This document shows positions 7,887 to 17,325 of a stretch of DNA of 25,001 nucleotides, piece after piece. How positions within the stretch are numbered: position 1 is the first letter of the stretch; each line of letters begins with the position of its first letter. Under the pieces are notes generated by a model. It made no database searches, was not told the origin of the DNA, and worked only from the letters and a program-made list of their open reading frames with translations. The DNA is from a bacterium. Lineage in GTDB: Bacteria > Zhuqueibacterota > Zhuqueibacteria > Zhuqueibacterales > Zhuqueibacteraceae. The translations under genes were made by a program, and so were the position numbers. The stretch covers positions 1-25,001 of the forward strand of contig JBIOXB010000126.1 of assembly GCA_044869275.1 (NCBI GenBank), in the 5' to 3' direction.

Positions 7887-10800
7887 CTAAAACGCCCTGC
7901 CAATACCAAATCTGAACAGCAGTGATTCTTCTTCTGAGAAACCGAAAGAAAAGTCCATGGTGAAGTTCTCTCTGAGCGGCACCAGATAAAAGCCAAAGCC
8001 GTAGCCGCTGTGCCATTTATCGGAGTTTTCACCGTTGACATAGACTCGACCAATGTCGTAAAATCCTTTCAGACCCAGCCTGATCGGTATGACCTGGGTT
8101 TGGGAATCGAAGAGCTGCAGCCGCAGTTCCGAACTTAAAAACAGCAGCGCCCGCCCGGTATAGCGATTGCTGCGGAAGCCGCGCAAATAGTTGTTTTGCC
8201 CCAGAGAAAATTGATTATAAAATGGAATGTCACCATAACTGTCTCCGCCGCCTGCTCTCAAACCCAATGTCCACGGCAGCAATATATGTTTGGAGGAAAA
8301 TGCTTCCAGGATGCCGAGTGTTTGCCCATAGTTGCTGTTATCGTTGTTGATGATGATACCATTGTTGTGGCTCAGCAGGAGCCTCATTCCTCTCGTCGGC
8401 AAACCGGTGTTGTTTCTGAAATCCAGATCCAATCTGAAGCGTGCTTCAACCAGGCTGATTTGATCTGTTCCAAAAAAATTCTCACCTGCGAAGATGGTAG
8501 AGCTGGGATCGATTTGCGATTCGTTATGGGCATAACGCAGCATGACGTCAAAATTGCTCTTTTTCCAAAAATCATGCGTCACTCCGGCTGTCACTTGGTT
8601 GGCGTCATAACGGGTTTTGTAAAAATCCTTGGCGAGCAGACTATCATCTTTGACGGTTTCATTGCCCAGGCCGTAGAAATTCGTGAAGTGATCCGGCCGG
8701 GCAAGATATCCGATGACGACGACATCCCAATTATGGTAGACTTGGTGAAATCTGGCGCCGTAGCCGACGGAATACGTGCCACTCGTGGCGGCGACCGCGC
8801 GCAGGCCGTGTTTGGTGCTGTATGGCTGTTTGCCGTATTTCTGTGTGGTAAATTGTATGCCCAAACTTGCCAGAAAGCCGTCGTCGGCATTATATGCGAT
8901 ATAGGGCAGGGGCAGGTAAGAGTTATAAGCATAGGCCGTGCGCTCGTAATCGTAAGCCGACTCATTCACGGAATACGCCCTCTTGGCTGCATCTCCGAGC
9001 TCAATTTCGCCCTTCTCGCTGTGTTCGTAAACCAGTGTCTTTTTGCCGGAGCCACCTACTTTTGATCGATCTTTTATGACGTCGGCTCCTGGACCGCCGA
9101 TGACTCGGATTTTGATGGACCTTTTGGTCTCCCCGTTGATATCGAAAACATCCTTGCCGCCCATGCCAAAAAGCCTGATCTCCTTAGTCTCGTTAGGATG
9201 GAATTTTCTGGAGTACAGAAGCTCGCTGCTCTTTTGTTGAGCCTTGTCGGCATCATACATCGCGACGTCAACGGTGCCGTCAGTATTTCTGCTGACGGCA
9301 AAGTATTCCCGCTTGTTGGAGCCAACGACGTCAACATCCTTAGCCAGCATGTCGTGATAGTATTGCAATATGCCTCGCGGCAAATCCCTGCGCCTGGAGC
9401 GCAACTTTTCTTCAAGAGTTTTGTTGGTGTGCTCGTCGTTTTCCTTGGGCATGTTTGAGATCGCATGAGCGATGACTTCGTCCGTCATTTTTTCCTGAAC
9501 GATTTTTGCCGCGTTGATCCAGTCTTCTTTGGTGAGTTTGCTACCGGCGTAGCGGTCGAGATGCCGGCCTTGAAACATGAGACTGCGTACGCCTGAAATC
9601 TGGTGTCCGAAATTCTCGCCGCTGGCCTTCATCCATTCCCGATCCGCGAGCCATGGCAAAAGGCCATCCCATCTCGAGAAGACGTGATCCCGGTCTCTGG
9701 GTATGGGTCTGAAGATCGTTTTATCGCCATTTTTGTAAGCGGCCCACTTGTAGTTGTCTTCGTGCCTGCCCCAGTCGCCGACCAAAATGTCGAAGGCACG
9801 GGCGACGGCGAACTCGTTGGCATCAATTTGAAAATTGTGATCCTGATAGAGCTCTGCAAAAAGTTCGTGGCTTCGCAAGATCTCGTCTGCACCGGCGAAT
9901 ACCTTCTCGCCTTTCTTGGAGCTGGATGGCAATTCCTCCAACATGCCCAGTAGGTTGCCGTAGCTTTCCCTAAACGAGCCAAGTTTTCCATCATTGGGCA
10001 AGAGGTACAGATTTGGATGTGCATGAAGCAGCCCCAACTCATTCAGCATAACTTCGGCTGCCATCGCCGCATAGGGATGCTGAGTGGAGGTCTGGTCGCG
10101 CACGATGACGGCCGCCAGCGTCGCCCGGTAATCATAAGCGAGCGCCTTTGCCGGATCCTTATCGACCGATCTGAAAACGTAGTGCATGCCGTTGCCGGCC
10201 TTGAACTTCAAAGATTTGGTTTGGCGGCCTCCGCCTTTTTTGTCAGGAGTTAGCCCGCCAAAAGTCGTGTCCAAATCAAGATAGGGCACTCTGACCGGCG
10301 CGGTCCAGGTGTCGCGGTAATGAGCGCCAAAGAATACTCGCTTAAGGCCGCCGGCGGCATATTCTGGTCCCGCTACGACGGTCGCAAGGGTATCATACTT
10401 TCCCGACATTTTGGCGAGTGCTTCGGGATCAGGCTTGCAAGGAACGTAAGAATTATTGCGCGGCACCTTATCATCGCTGACATGGCCATTGGCCGCCTCA
10501 CAAGTTGAGCGATAAAGAGCAAATTGCGCATGCGGGTCGAAGCCCTTCTCCTCGCTATATCGCAACACGATAGCATCAACCCTGCCACTCTCATAGTAGA
10601 CGATCTCGATCAAGCCCGGCAGTGCCTTTGAAAATAAGGCCTCGCCGCCATGGGCTGCATATGTCGCCTTGGCGGGAGAACCGCTGTTGATGAAATATTC
10701 GTCTTCGTGCCTGAGAATTTGCAGATTTTGCTCATGCCCGGAAAGGTAAATCAGCGTGCTCCGGTTGAAGATGATATCTTCGAGCAAATCCCTGATGGGC

Positions 10801-11630
10801 TCAAAATTTTCATTATGGATATCTTTGGCCGTGCCCACATTTTCGCGGTAGCTCGGATAAAGACTGCCAAAGATGGGGAGTGGCACATATAGTGCTTTGC
10901 TCAAATCCGTGAGCGGGAAAATGTGCTTTTTGAGCGGCAGGTGTCCGCCATACTCACCGAGAGAAAAGATCGGAAAATGGCCGGCGATCAATACGTTCTT
11001 ATCGACATTTTCGTCGAGCACATCCTCCACCTCCTCCTGGAAGTCCTTTGTGTTCGAAATCTTGCAATCAGCATCTGAAGCTCCTGGCTTGTCGTAAGGG
11101 TGATTCCACCACTGCGTATCGATGGTGACCAGCAAAATATCGTCGTCCAATTCGATGCTCTTCGGCCCCGGGCAACCGTCCTTGATCGCCCACTTGACGT
11201 TCTTGAAGTTGAATGACTTGACCAGTTTCTCCAGTTTCTTCACACTCTTCCAGCCCTCGGGTCCTGAATCTGCCCAGTCCCGGTCACCAGGAATGATGAT
11301 GACCCGGCCATTCTCGAATCCTGAAGCGGTTTCAAGCAATTTCTTGATTTTGACGGAATCCGAAGAAACAGCATCACGCGTGAGTTGCTGGGACACCAGA
11401 TCGCCATTAATAATGAAAGAATAAGCTTCCTGATTGACCGTCAGCAGTTCGCGAAGAGCTGTATAGAACTTCGAGCCAGCTTCGAGATCAACGGTATTGG
11501 CAGTCAGATAGACGCGATGTTTTATTTTTCCTTCCTGGGAAAAGGCCCCTCGCTGCATATCGATGAGGCAGATGAAGAGCAACGCCGCTAAAGAGCACCC
11601 TAGGAAACGAGATGAGTATTTTGATCCCAT
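7887..11630 (-). CDS. Secreted calcineurin-like phosphoesterase-fold / kinase-like / Omp85 (BamA/TamA-type) barrel fusion protein
   Basis: Signal peptide from MGSKYSSRFLG (ATG 11630 after GAGG); phosphoesterase-like motifs; C-terminal LRGFRSNRYTG, FYDIGRV and terminal Phe (GIGRAF). Confidence 0.85.
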   Translation of the reverse strand: MGSKYSSRFLGCSLAALLFICLIDMQRGAFSQEGKIKHRVYLTANTVDLEAGSKFYTALRELLTVNQEAYSFIINGDLVSQQLTRDAVSSDSVKIKKLLETASGFENGRVIIIPGDRDWADSGPEGWKSVKKLEKLVKSFNFKNVKWAIKDGCPGPKSIELDDDILLVTIDTQWWNHPYDKPGASDADCKISNTKDFQEEVEDVLDENVDKNVLIAGHFPIFSLGEYGGHLPLKKHIFPLTDLSKALYVPLPIFGSLYPSYRENVGTAKDIHNENFEPIRDLLEDIIFNRSTLIYLSGHEQNLQILRHEDEYFINSGSPAKATYAAHGGEALFSKALPGLIEIVYYESGRVDAIVLRYSEEKGFDPHAQFALYRSTCEAANGHVSDDKVPRNNSYVPCKPDPEALAKMSGKYDTLATVVAGPEYAAGGLKRVFFGAHYRDTWTAPVRVPYLDLDTTFGGLTPDKKGGGRQTKSLKFKAGNGMHYVFRSVDKDPAKALAYDYRATLAAVIVRDQTSTQHPYAAMAAEVMLNELGLLHAHPNLYLLPNDGKLGSFRESYGNLLGMLEELPSSSKKGEKVFAGADEILRSHELFAELYQDHNFQIDANEFAVARAFDILVGDWGRHEDNYKWAAYKNGDKTIFRPIPRDRDHVFSRWDGLLPWLADREWMKASGENFGHQISGVRSLMFQGRHLDRYAGSKLTKEDWINAAKIVQEKMTDEVIAHAISNMPKENDEHTNKTLEEKLRSRRRDLPRGILQYYHDMLAKDVDVVGSNKREYFAVSRNTDGTVDVAMYDADKAQQKSSELLYSRKFHPNETKEIRLFGMGGKDVFDINGETKRSIKIRVIGGPGADVIKDRSKVGGSGKKTLVYEHSEKGEIELGDAAKRAYSVNESAYDYERTAYAYNSYLPLPYIAYNADDGFLASLGIQFTTQKYGKQPYSTKHGLRAVAATSGTYSVGYGARFHQVYHNWDVVVIGYLARPDHFTNFYGLGNETVKDDSLLAKDFYKTRYDANQVTAGVTHDFWKKSNFDVMLRYAHNESQIDPSSTIFAGENFFGTDQISLVEARFRLDLDFRNNTGLPTRGMRLLLSHNNGIIINNDNSNYGQTLGILEAFSSKHILLPWTLGLRAGGGDSYGDIPFYNQFSLGQNNYLRGFRSNRYTGRALLFLSSELRLQLFDSQTQVIPIRLGLKGFYDIGRVYVNGENSDKWHSGYGFGFYLVPLRENFTMDFSFGFSEEESLLFRFGIGRAF

Positions 11631-11808
11631 AGTTACCTCTTGCCCATAGATATCGTTCGTTGAGCGGAGCATGATATCATCGCCTGATGCGGCGTATCGC
11701 AAGTTGCCCCGGTGAGTTCAAAATAAATTTCATCGTGCGCGATGCCCCCAGGTTTTGGATGTCGTTTTTCTATATAATAAAAACCGGTTTTAATGCAAGC
11801 AAAAAACG

Positions 11809-12064
11809 CGCTTTACGGACACCGGCAAAGTGGCGGCGCTGGAGGAAATACTAAGGCAATTTGTCAAAGCGCAACAAAAAGAAAATTCTTTCGGCGCAAA
11901 CCAAGTATTGCGGAATTATGCGATCACATTACTCGCCGCCTTTCCACCGGAGCTGGTGCCGGCTGCGGTTCAAACCCACAAAACCTTAACAGCATTGCCG
12001 GCTTCTGATCTGGTCGATCCGTTGAGCGAGCGCGAATTGGAAATTCTGAAACTCCTTGCCGCGG
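11809..12064 (+). pseudogene. MalT-like relic, copy 2, C-terminal part (pre-HTH linker and start of LuxR HTH)
   Basis: YAITLLAAFPPEL..LVDPLSERELEILKLLAA matches FPSEL..LIDPLSSRDLEVHKLVA of copy 1. Left boundary approximate. Confidence 0.8.
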
Positions 12065-12366
12065 TTCGCATGTTCTCTAAAGCCATTGCGCTGGAATGCG
12101 CGCAAAATGGCGACAATATCCGCGTTAATACGGTCTCGCCTGGGGGTGTGATGGCGCCAATGTGGGAAAGCATGGGGTTTTGGCAAGATCTGAAAGCACA
12201 AACCGGCAGCGCCGAGGCAAGCTGGCAGGCGATGTCTCAAGACGTGCCGCTCAAGAGGTTTGCCTCGCCCGAAGACGTTGCTGCGGCGATTCTCTATCTC
12301 GTGTCAGAAGAGAGTGCGTATGTGAGGGCGGCAGAATTGGTGATTGACGGAGGTTTTACCGCTTGA
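12058..12366 (+). pseudogene. C-terminal fragment of a short-chain dehydrogenase/reductase fused in frame to the MalT relic
   Basis: AAVRMFSKAIALE..IRVNTVSPG..PLKRFASPEDVA..IDGGFTA; Rossmann GxxxGxG and YxxxK are absent. Confidence 0.88.
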
Positions 12367-12449
12367 GAAAGGGCGCGACGATTATTAGCCGCGATGAAGT
12401 CAAGGCTTGGGAATCGCACGATATTCGAGACATGGTTCAGCATAATTTT

Positions 12450-14228
12450 CTATCCGAAATATGCTTTCAACACATACTGCTGCAGCATGCGGTGTGTATT
12501 GAAGAATGAGCCGTTGAGCGCGATCGCATGGCGCATGATCTCGATGAAGCGCTCTCGATCACGATAATAAAGCGGAATCACCGCGCGCTCCAATTGCTCA
12601 TAAAGCGAAGCCGCGTCTTTGCTCGAGTCGAGGCTTTCTCTGGCGGCGAGCGGAGGTGCGCCAATAGCCCAGCCGGTCACGCCCTCGATGCAGCCTTCAA
12701 TCCACCAGCCGTCGAGCGTGCTCAAGCTCGGCACGCCGTTGAGCGCGGCTTTCATGCCGCTCGTGCCCGAAGCTTCCAGCGGCGGCTGCGGCGTATTGAG
12801 CCACACGTCGACGCCGGAGGTCAACAGCTTTCCCAGTTGCAAGTCATAATTCTCCAGATAAAGCATGTTGAGGTGAGGCCGCAGTGCCGCCTGCGCCTGC
12901 ATGATGCGTTGAATAATCGCCTTGCCATTTTGATCTTGCGGATGCGCCTTGCCCGCATAAATCAATTGCACCGCGCCGGCGTGGTTGGAGAGATGCTTGA
13001 GCCGCTCGAGATCGGTGAAGAGCAAATCGGCGCGTTTATAAGTCGCCGCGCGCCGGGCAAAGCCGAGCGTTAAAACTTCCGCGTTCAGCTCCACGCCGGT
13101 TTTGTCGCGCACGTATTGCAGCAGCCGGTGCTTGGTCTGCTGATGCGCTTGCCACACTTCGGGTTTGGGAATGCTCAGCGCGTATCGCAAGCTGAAATTA
13201 TCCTGTTCCCAGCCCCAGATGTAGCGATCATAAAGCTGCTGGAACGGCTCGGCCACCCAGCTCGACGCGTGCACGCCGTTGGTAATGGCGTCGATGCGGT
13301 AATCGCCGAACATCAGCCTGGAAACCTCGCCGTGCTTTTTCGCGACGCCATTGACGTAGTGGCTCAGGTTTAAGCCGAGGTAGGTCATATTGAGCACGTT
13401 CTCGCCGCGATAAATTTCTTTCATGTCGGAGAAAGCTTCGTGGCGGCCCAACACGCGGCCCACCAAATTCATGGCGAAGACGTCTTTCAAGTTGATAAAG
13501 TCTTCGCGAGGTCCGAGCACGCGCTGCACCAAATCCATGTGGAACTGATCATGCCCCGCTGGAACCGGTGTGTGCGTGGTGAAAATGCACTTTTGACGGA
13601 CGGCTTCGATGTCATCCTGGTTAAAGGCAGCTCTTCCGGTTTTTTGCGCTTCTTCCTCCAACAACGCGAGCGTGAGCAAGCTCGCATGCCCTTCATTCAT
13701 GTGAAAGCGCCGGAGCTGGTCATAGCCTAACGTGCGGAGCATGCGCACGCCGCCGATGCCGAGAATGACTTCCTGGCAAAGCCGGTAATGCTGATCGCCG
13801 CCGTAAAGCACGTCGGTCAACGCTCTGTCCCACTCCGAGTTTTCCGGCAGATTCGCGTCTAGAAAATAGACCGGCACTTTGTAGCCGAGATTGCCGGCGA
13901 CTTCATAGCGCCACGCACGTAGATGCACGGCTCGTCCTTCGATCCTTACCACGGCGCGCGCCGGCAGCTCTTGCAAAAATTTTTCGACCTCCCATTCTTC
14001 CGATTGCTCGTGCTGCCAGCCGCTGCTATCCAAGCGTTGACGAAAATAACCTTTGCGGTACAACAGCGTGACCGCAATCATGGGAACCTGCAAATCAGCC
14101 GCGGCGCGAATCGTATCGCCCGCCAGCACGCCGAGGCCGCCACTATATGTCGCCATCTCGGCTTCGAGCCCAATTTCCATTGAGAAATAGGCGATGGTAC
14201 GCAGTTCATTCATTTTTTTGTTTCCCAT
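12450..14228 (-). CDS. glgP: Alpha-glucan (glycogen/starch) phosphorylase, short form
   Basis: [45 protein letters not shown]-lysine [14 protein letters not shown]. Start 14228 or 14213. Confidence 0.95.
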   Translation of the reverse strand: MGNKKMNELRTIAYFSMEIGLEAEMATYSGGLGVLAGDTIRAAADLQVPMIAVTLLYRKGYFRQRLDSSGWQHEQSEEWEVEKFLQELPARAVVRIEGRAVHLRAWRYEVAGNLGYKVPVYFLDANLPENSEWDRALTDVLYGGDQHYRLCQEVILGIGGVRMLRTLGYDQLRRFHMNEGHASLLTLALLEEEAQKTGRAAFNQDDIEAVRQKCIFTTHTPVPAGHDQFHMDLVQRVLGPREDFINLKDVFAMNLVGRVLGRHEAFSDMKEIYRGENVLNMTYLGLNLSHYVNGVAKKHGEVSRLMFGDYRIDAITNGVHASSWVAEPFQQLYDRYIWGWEQDNFSLRYALSIPKPEVWQAHQQTKHRLLQYVRDKTGVELNAEVLTLGFARRAATYKRADLLFTDLERLKHLSNHAGAVQLIYAGKAHPQDQNGKAIIQRIMQAQAALRPHLNMLYLENYDLQLGKLLTSGVDVWLNTPQPPLEASGTSGMKAALNGVPSLSTLDGWWIEGCIEGVTGWAIGAPPLAARESLDSSKDAASLYEQLERAVIPLYYRDRERFIEIMRHAIALNGSFFNTHRMLQQYVLKAYFG

Positions 14229-14808
14229 AGTCGAGCTCACGTGCGAAGAAGACCACGAATTAGATCGGAGAGCACGGATACTGTCCGCACACCGTACACG
14301 CTGTAGCGCGGCCTCAGGCCTGCTTCGTTTGTCCCGTAGCAGCGTGAGAGGTTTGCGCTATGATCAAATAAATGAAAACCACTTTTCAAGTCAAGCACTA
14401 GTTGAGGAGGTGGCTTTTGTGGGATGAAGATAGTATCGATCTCAACAAAGCCCGGGTATCATGTCGAGGGTGATGAGCGCGACGAACTTTCAAAAACCAT
14501 CCCTTACGATAGTAGCAGCCGCGAATAAGATCCGTACATTTAGAAGTGAAAGCTAGGCTTTTTGAGCAAAGAAACCCAAAATCCAAAGCTCAAAATTCAA
14601 TACCACCTTTGCGTCCAAAAATTTGGTTGTGGCTCGTCGGCGTTGGGCCAACCTGAATTATTCACACACGCCGAAGCTGAAAAGTTCGGCTTGCGTATGT
14701 GCTTCAGACGCACTAAAATGCAAAATCGGAGGTAAAAACAATCTGGCGGCAAACCATAACCGATAATCAAGATACAGCAAAGTAATCACTAACCGGAGAA
14801 TTTGAGCA

Positions 14809-15087
14809 ATGGCAAGATTTTTGATCGAAGTTCCACACGACGCTGAAAAAGTAGCGTGTGCTCGTGTCGTGGAAGTTTTTCTGAAGAGTGGCTCCCATTG
14901 GGTGACGCATGCGGATTGGGGCTGCGGGGATGGTGATCATAAAGCATGGTTCATTGCGGAAGTAGACAGCAAGGACGAAGCCAGATACATTTTGCCGCCC
15001 GCTTTCCGCGCTCAGGCCAAGATCGTGCAACTCAACAAGTTTACCATTGAAGAAATCGACGACATCCTTCGCCATCACCGGGGTTGA
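14809..15087 (+). CDS. Small hypothetical protein (92 aa)
   Basis: RBS GGAG, protein-like composition (HADWGCGDGDHKAW); family not securely recognised. Confidence 0.75.
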   Translation: MARFLIEVPHDAEKVACARVVEVFLKSGSHWVTHADWGCGDGDHKAWFIAEVDSKDEARYILPPAFRAQAKIVQLNKFTIEEIDDILRHHRG

Positions 15088-15198
15088 CAGGGGGGCTCGA
15101 TGGTGGAACACCGCACACGTGGTGCGCGGCGAACGGTGATTGCCTGACAACGAAGACAAGGGGACCTTTAACGCCTTCGATCATTTTCTCGCAGCGTC

Positions 15199-16116
15199 AT
15201 GACGGTTTTCTCAATGGTAAAATATATTGTTCTCGTGCTCGCGACAACCATAGCGTGCTCGCAAGACACAAAGAGCATTCCGCACCCACCTGTTGTAATT
15301 GAAGTCAAGCTGGCAATGTCGGATGATAGTGCCGCTACTTCAGCCTGGATAGAAACCATTCGTCACTGGCATGAGGAGGATGAGTTGGCGGCCATCCGTG
15401 CCAGTAAAAAGGAATTATCGGATGAGGAAGCGCTGTGGGCCGACCTGATCAAAGGTAAAGTCTCAACCTGGCTGACCATGATCGACTCATTGCAGATACC
15501 TTTCCGGGCCGTCACGCCCCCTGACACCGTCGCCATATTGCTGGGAAACGTAGGAGGCGAAGATGCCTTTGTCAATTCTGACGCGACAATTTGTTTTGGC
15601 CTGAATAAGCTTCACAGCCTGTATGGCTCTGCCTCGACACCTGCGAACAATAATAGGATTGATCGTTTTTTTGCCCATGAATTCACCCATTTGTTGCAGA
15701 AGGCATGGCGGAAAAAGCACGGGCTGGAGCTTGAAACACCGTTCGAATTGGCGCTTTGGGACTGTCTAGCTGAGGGCCTGGGGAATTACCGCTCCCTTTC
15801 CGACCAATGGATTCTGGCGGGTGGAAAACTAACCCCGCACGCTCAAGAGGTTCTGCAGCGGCTGCAGCCAATATTTGTCCAGCGCATTTCTGCTTTGGAA
15901 CATGCCAGTAAAGAAGAAGCCGAGCCGTTGCTGAAAGGTTTGTCGATGGGACCGTTTGATCAAAAGTGGGGCGCTTTGACCGTCGCTCTCTGGCTTGCGC
16001 AAGAAGCCAAAGGCGATGACCATAACCTGCAAAAGTGGGTAGAGGCCGGGCCCGCGGGCGTCTTGGATTTAGCGCGAAAATATCTTCCCGATGATTTAAA
16101 GAGAGAAATGCCATGA
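15199..16116 (+). CDS. Putative lipoprotein Zn-dependent protease (gluzincin, DUF2268/DUF5700-like)
   Basis: Lipobox-like TIAC, AHEFTH followed by AEGLGNY. Start could be 15214. Confidence 0.75.
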   Translation: MTVFSMVKYIVLVLATTIACSQDTKSIPHPPVVIEVKLAMSDDSAATSAWIETIRHWHEEDELAAIRASKKELSDEEALWADLIKGKVSTWLTMIDSLQIPFRAVTPPDTVAILLGNVGGEDAFVNSDATICFGLNKLHSLYGSASTPANNNRIDRFFAHEFTHLLQKAWRKKHGLELETPFELALWDCLAEGLGNYRSLSDQWILAGGKLTPHAQEVLQRLQPIFVQRISALEHASKEEAEPLLKGLSMGPFDQKWGALTVALWLAQEAKGDDHNLQKWVEAGPAGVLDLARKYLPDDLKREMP

Positions 16117-16156
16117 TTACGTTGATGGACTCAAATTGCCTCATGCTTCTCAACCG

Positions 16157-16870
16157 CTATTGGCAAGGCTTGTGAAGCTGGATATTGCCGCCGCCCCAAT
16201 TGCCCGAGGCGTTATATCCATTCGACAGCTTGAGCACAAAAGTGTCGTCGCGGCCGGGTTCTCCGTTATCCGCAACGACAACTTCAAAGGAGATCACGAT
16301 ATCCGTAACGCCATCTACGATGACGTGCAGCGCATTGACGGTCATATCGCCGGCATTGCCTTTCACGGAACTTTTTTGCTCGTTAATGACAACTCTCCGA
16401 TTGGGCAAGGAGATTTTTTGGTTGGGCTGCCCGGACACGACGATGGCCTTCCCGTTAACGATCAGATCGGCAATTTCCGAGCTGCCGCTGACGGAAGGAC
16501 CACAGACTGCCATTGCCCTTGCCATAAGGAAGCCGACGGTGATGCTGTCCTTTCCCACCGTCAGGCGCAAGTCCGCCAACGCCGCTTCGGAGCGGCTGCG
16601 GTCACCTTGACCAATAGTTGATGAGTAAATGACTTTGGCCGTGAGCACATCGGCAATGTTTCTCGTCAGCAGGGAGGCTTCCCGAGCGCCGCCTGCCTTG
16701 GCAAGTGCTCCGGTATTGGCCAGGGTCGTCGGTATTCCGAAAGCCTCTGCTTGCACCGCTATGGCTTGGCCACGAAAGACAAAATCGCTGTTTGTTCCAT
16801 CCTCAGTTATTAGCTTCTCCTGACATGAGACCAAAAACGAAACTGTTGCCCCTTGAACGTCATACCTCAC
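16157..16870 (-). pseudogene. Choice-of-anchor P-like surface protein with probable internal deletion and damaged signal peptide
   Basis: VNGKAIVVSGQPNQ..VVINEQ..MTVNALHV runs directly into VADNGEPGRDDTF..GGGNIQLHKPC; lipobox-like LVSC lacks a proper h-region. Family recognition is from memory. Confidence 0.55.
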
Positions 16871-17019
16871 TTTTTCAGATCATTTTTGCCAAGCTCCTAA
16901 CTTTGCTGGGGTCATCCCACAGATGTTCAATTGAGCGCGGCTCGCAGAAATCAAGGAGCTGGAATGGCATCGCCGATCGCTTCAAACCACCTGGGCGTAA
17001 TCTAATGCTGCCCACTGCT

Positions 17020-17228
17020 GAAGAAGCCGCACCGTTGTCATCAGGTCTATCGATAGGCCCTTTGATCAAAAGTGGGGAGCTTTGACAGTTGCGCTGTGGC
17101 TCGCACAAGAAGCGAAGGGCGATGATCACAATTTGCAAAAGTGGGTCGAGGCTGGACCTTCGGGCGTACTAGTGTTAGCTCAAAAGTATCTTGCCGAAGA
17201 ATTAATTGAATTAAATTCTTGCCTTTGA
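17020..17228 (+). pseudogene. Displaced, frameshifted second copy of the 3' end of the 15199-16116 gene
   Basis: Aligns with 15913-16116; one base missing at about 17060; FDQKWGALTVALWLAQEAKGDDHNLQKWVEAGP conserved. Confidence 0.92.
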
Positions 17229-17246
17229 GTGCCTCTTGATTATATT
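17219..17246 (+). promoter_or_regulatory. Possible sigma70 promoter upstream of MalT relic 3
   Basis: TTGCCT-16 nt-TATATT, 80 nt before ATG 17326. Confidence 0.3.
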
Positions 17247-17325
17247 CCCGAGAGCAATTGCTGGTTTGATGAAATGAGGACGTACGTGCTGAATTCTTGA
17301 ACAGAACTTTTCACCTCAAGTGCCT

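Noticed and set aside
8196..9065. 289-aa plus-strand ORF
   Set aside because: Antisense shadow of the Omp85 barrel region.
14636..14650. CGGCGTTGGGC resembling an integron attC R' end
   Set aside because: No matching RYYYAAC and paired arms upstream, no repetition between genes, no integrase.
14745..14800. GGCAAACC...GCAAAG resembling a c-di-GMP-I riboswitch
   Set aside because: No GNRA-capped stem or GACGCAAA junction follows; pairing could not be built.
16875..17010. Minus-strand peptide GGLKRSAMPFQLLDFCEPRSIEHLWDDP as another gene relic
   Set aside because: Looks protein-like but I cannot assign a family; needs BLASTx.
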